A DNA stretch of 58,940 bases, counting the filler. It is 4 parts of 4 records of this genome, joined end to end, with 100 filler letters (N's around TTAATTAATTAA, not from the genome) between each part and the next. Parts side by side here need not be neighbours in the genome. Positions count along the whole stretch, not along the records: positions 49,903 to 58,940 come from SRR20825019_276; 3 more parts are not named here. One strand, 5' to 3'. Made by a program: the position numbers and the translations under genes. Of the stretch, positions 56,972-58,940 are shown piece after piece (position 1 is the stretch's first letter; every line of letters begins with the position of its first letter). Below the pieces are notes generated by a model, which ran no database searches, was not told where the DNA came from, and was given only the letters and a program-made list of their open reading frames with translations.

Positions 56972-57613
56972 ATGCTTTCACGAGCCAAAGAAATGAAGCA
57001 GGCCGCGATTTGCGCTTTGGCAGTTGTCGGTTTTTCGGCGGCGGGCGCTTCGGCTCAACAACAGCAGCAACAACAGGAAACAGCGATTCCGCAACAGGGA
57101 TGGTACAAGACCTGCAACGAGGGCCAGCAAGGTCCGCAAATGTGCATCGTTCAAAATTATGCGCGCGCAGAGAACGGTCAGCTTCTCACGGCTGTTGGTC
57201 TGATAACGCCTCAAGGCGACAGCGGACAGCCAATGATACAGGTTACAGTTCCGACCTTTCGTCTTGTGCCGGCAGGTGTTCGCATGCAAATCGACACATC
57301 CGCTCCACAGCAGATTGATTACGCTATCTGCACCAACGAGCAGTGCGTTGCCCAGGCACCACTGACAGACGCGATGGTCAACGCCATGAAACGTGGCGGC
57401 GAAGTGACTTTCACCTCGGTCAACGTTCGTCAGACGCCGAACCCTGTCAAGATGACGTTAAGCGGATTTACCGCGGCCTTTGACGGTGATCCCATCAGCC
57501 AGTCAGATCTGGTTGAAAGTCAGCGTAATCTAGATGAATCAATCCAGAAGATGGCCACAGATCGCCGTAAGAAGATTGAAGAAGCCCAGCAGAGCACAAC
57601 TGACGGCAATTGA
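56972..57613 (+). CDS. ialB: Invasion-associated locus B family protein
   Basis: Signal peptide, GWYK.C...C.VQ, Y..C....C.A, L.GFTAA.DG; RBS AGGAG. Confidence 0.85.
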   Translation: MLSRAKEMKQAAICALAVVGFSAAGASAQQQQQQQETAIPQQGWYKTCNEGQQGPQMCIVQNYARAENGQLLTAVGLITPQGDSGQPMIQVTVPTFRLVPAGVRMQIDTSAPQQIDYAICTNEQCVAQAPLTDAMVNAMKRGGEVTFTSVNVRQTPNPVKMTLSGFTAAFDGDPISQSDLVESQRNLDESIQKMATDRRKKIEEAQQSTTDGN

Positions 57614-57634
57614 TTTGGTTCTTGCCTAAACACT

Positions 57635-57668
57635 AAAAAACCCGGTGGCCAATGCCACCGGGTTTTTT
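57635..57668. terminator. Bidirectional terminator
   Basis: AAAAAACCCGGTGGC-CAAT-GCCACCGGGTTTTTT. Confidence 0.88.
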
Positions 57669-57810
57669 ATTTGTATATACAAAGTTTGCCTTCACTGAAA
57701 AAGCATTGAGAATGCTTAAAGTCGATATTCTCCGGCTTGCTGTTCAGGGTAAAAGGCGATCAGCTGTCACTGTGTTGAATTAAGCACGAACCGCTTTGTA
57801 ATTGGACACA

Positions 57811-58140
57811 TCAGTGAGCGATGCAATAGCGCGGTGATAACTGACCGCTCTCCGAGATTGTGAAGAACTCACCAATTTGGGGATTGCGCAGCGGTTCTCC
57901 GCTTTCATCAGGTTCCAGGCTCGCTTCCGAAACATATGCGACGTAGCCCGAATCATCATTCTCAGCGACAATATGGTAAAATGGCTGATCTTTGCCCGGA
58001 CGCATTTCAAGCGGCAATGACTGATACCATTCCTCCGAACGTGCAAATTCCGGATCGACATCGAAAATGACACCCCGGATCGGGAGGCTGCGATGGCGAA
58101 CAACATCACCAATATTAAATTTCGCTTCGCGTATTTTCAT
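57811..58140 (-). CDS. hspQ: Heat-shock protein HspQ (YccV)
   Basis: AKFNIGDVVRHR...RGVIFDVDPEF, KDQPFYH, YVAYVSE. Confidence 0.94.
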   Translation of the reverse strand: MKIREAKFNIGDVVRHRSLPIRGVIFDVDPEFARSEEWYQSLPLEMRPGKDQPFYHIVAENDDSGYVAYVSEASLEPDESGEPLRNPQIGEFFTISESGQLSPRYCIAH

Positions 58141-58343
58141 GGTCACTTCCTTTCGTAAACTTATATGGAAATGTCATATGGCGAGCTCAAGGGGGCAGGA
58201 AGAAAACTTAAAAATTAAAAAGGTTTATCGCACTCGCTTCAGACAAAGAGCACGGCAAAAAGCCGACCGCGTTGAGCGATCGGCTTATGGTTTTATACGA
58301 CTTCTATGATCGGCATCTCAAAACAGAAATGCTCAAAACAAAG

Positions 58344-58940
58344 TTAAACCGAGTAGTACATATCGTATTCAACTGGATGCGGTGTCATTTCAAAACGCAT
58401 GACTTCTTCCATCTTCAGAGCGATGTAGGCATCAATCTGATCGTCGTCGAATACACCGCCTGCGGTGAGGAACTCACGGTCCTTATCGAGTGTTTCCAGT
58501 GCTTCGCGCAGCGAAGTGGAAACAGTTGGAATATCTTTGAGTTCTTCCGGCGGCAAGTCGTAGAGATCCTTGTCCATGGCTTCGCCTGGGTGGATCTTGT
58601 TCTTGATGCCGTCAAGGCCAGCCATCATCAGCGCTGCGAAAGCGAGGTAGGGGTTCGCTGTCGGGTCAGGAAAGCGAACCTCAACGCGCTTTGCCTTGGG
58701 GCTTGAGCCGAACGGAATACGGCATGAAGCCGAACGGTTACGACCGGAATAGGCCAGCAGAACAGGAGCTTCATAGCCAGGCACAAGACGCTTATAGGAG
58801 TTGGTCGAGGCGTTTGTGAAAGCGTTGATGGCCTTGGCATGCTTGATAATGCCACCGATATAGAAAAGGCATGTTTCAGACAGACCAGAATACTCGTCAC
58901 CGGCAAACGTCGGCTTGCCGTCTTTCCAGATCGACTGGTG
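58344..58940 (-). CDS. glnA: Glutamine synthetase type I (C-terminal part, 5' partial)
   Basis: [48 protein letters not shown]. Confidence 0.97.
   Translation of the reverse strand, partial: HQSIWKDGKPTFAGDEYSGLSETCLFYIGGIIKHAKAINAFTNASTNSYKRLVPGYEAPVLLAYSGRNRSASCRIPFGSSPKAKRVEVRFPDPTANPYLAFAALMMAGLDGIKNKIHPGEAMDKDLYDLPPEELKDIPTVSTSLREALETLDKDREFLTAGGVFDDDQIDAYIALKMEEVMRFEMTPHPVEYDMYYSV

Noticed and set aside
57056-57076. Poly-Gln tract in IalB
   Set aside because: Mixed CAA/CAG codons in a low-complexity linker after the signal peptide; common and uninformative.
714-58706. Many long antisense or alternate-frame ORFs (e.g. 714-1490, 13252-14319, 48715-49854)
   Set aside because: Shadows of real genes in GC-rich DNA, with no motifs of their own.

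Overview
The window is four unrelated contigs joined by artificial 100-nt spacers (N-run + TTAATTAATTAA + N-run) at 12053-12152, 42748-42847 and 49803-49902, so no synteny should be read across them. All four look alphaproteobacterial; taxon guesses below are inference. Contig 1 (1-12052, Devosia-like): gpmI and TraA-relaxase relics, NAD kinase, DUF2336, a small unannotated membrane protein, a lytic transglycosylase with a CtrA box, two exported proteins, ugd-epimerase-PMM, arfB and the thrS 3' end. Contig 2 (12153-42747, Rhizobiales): polar amino-acid ABC/AruH-like catabolic cluster, uxuA-GntR-TRAP, nikR with a decayed ABC ATPase, a LysR-headed non-flagellar type III secretion cluster (sctD, I, J, K, L, N, O, Q, R, S, T, U), a barrel-less autotransporter-passenger lipoprotein and a GtrA/GT2/ArnT-like/YdjC cassette. 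Contig 3 (42848-49802, Thalassospira-like): matB end, a ~1.2 kb structured non-coding region with a LexA-box promoter and three ~110-bp tandem repeats, YkgJ, SDR, a Fur-boxed TonB receptor and dxs. Contig 4 (49903-58940, Rhizobiales core): recG, sdhE, mfd, DsbA/FrnE, YejA-like SBP, ialB, hspQ, glnA. Best novelty candidates: (i) an intact-looking T3SS whose SctU lacks the NPTH autocleavage motif and whose operon has no needle, ruler, secretin or SctV gene; (ii) the non-coding repeat/SOS-box locus in contig 3.
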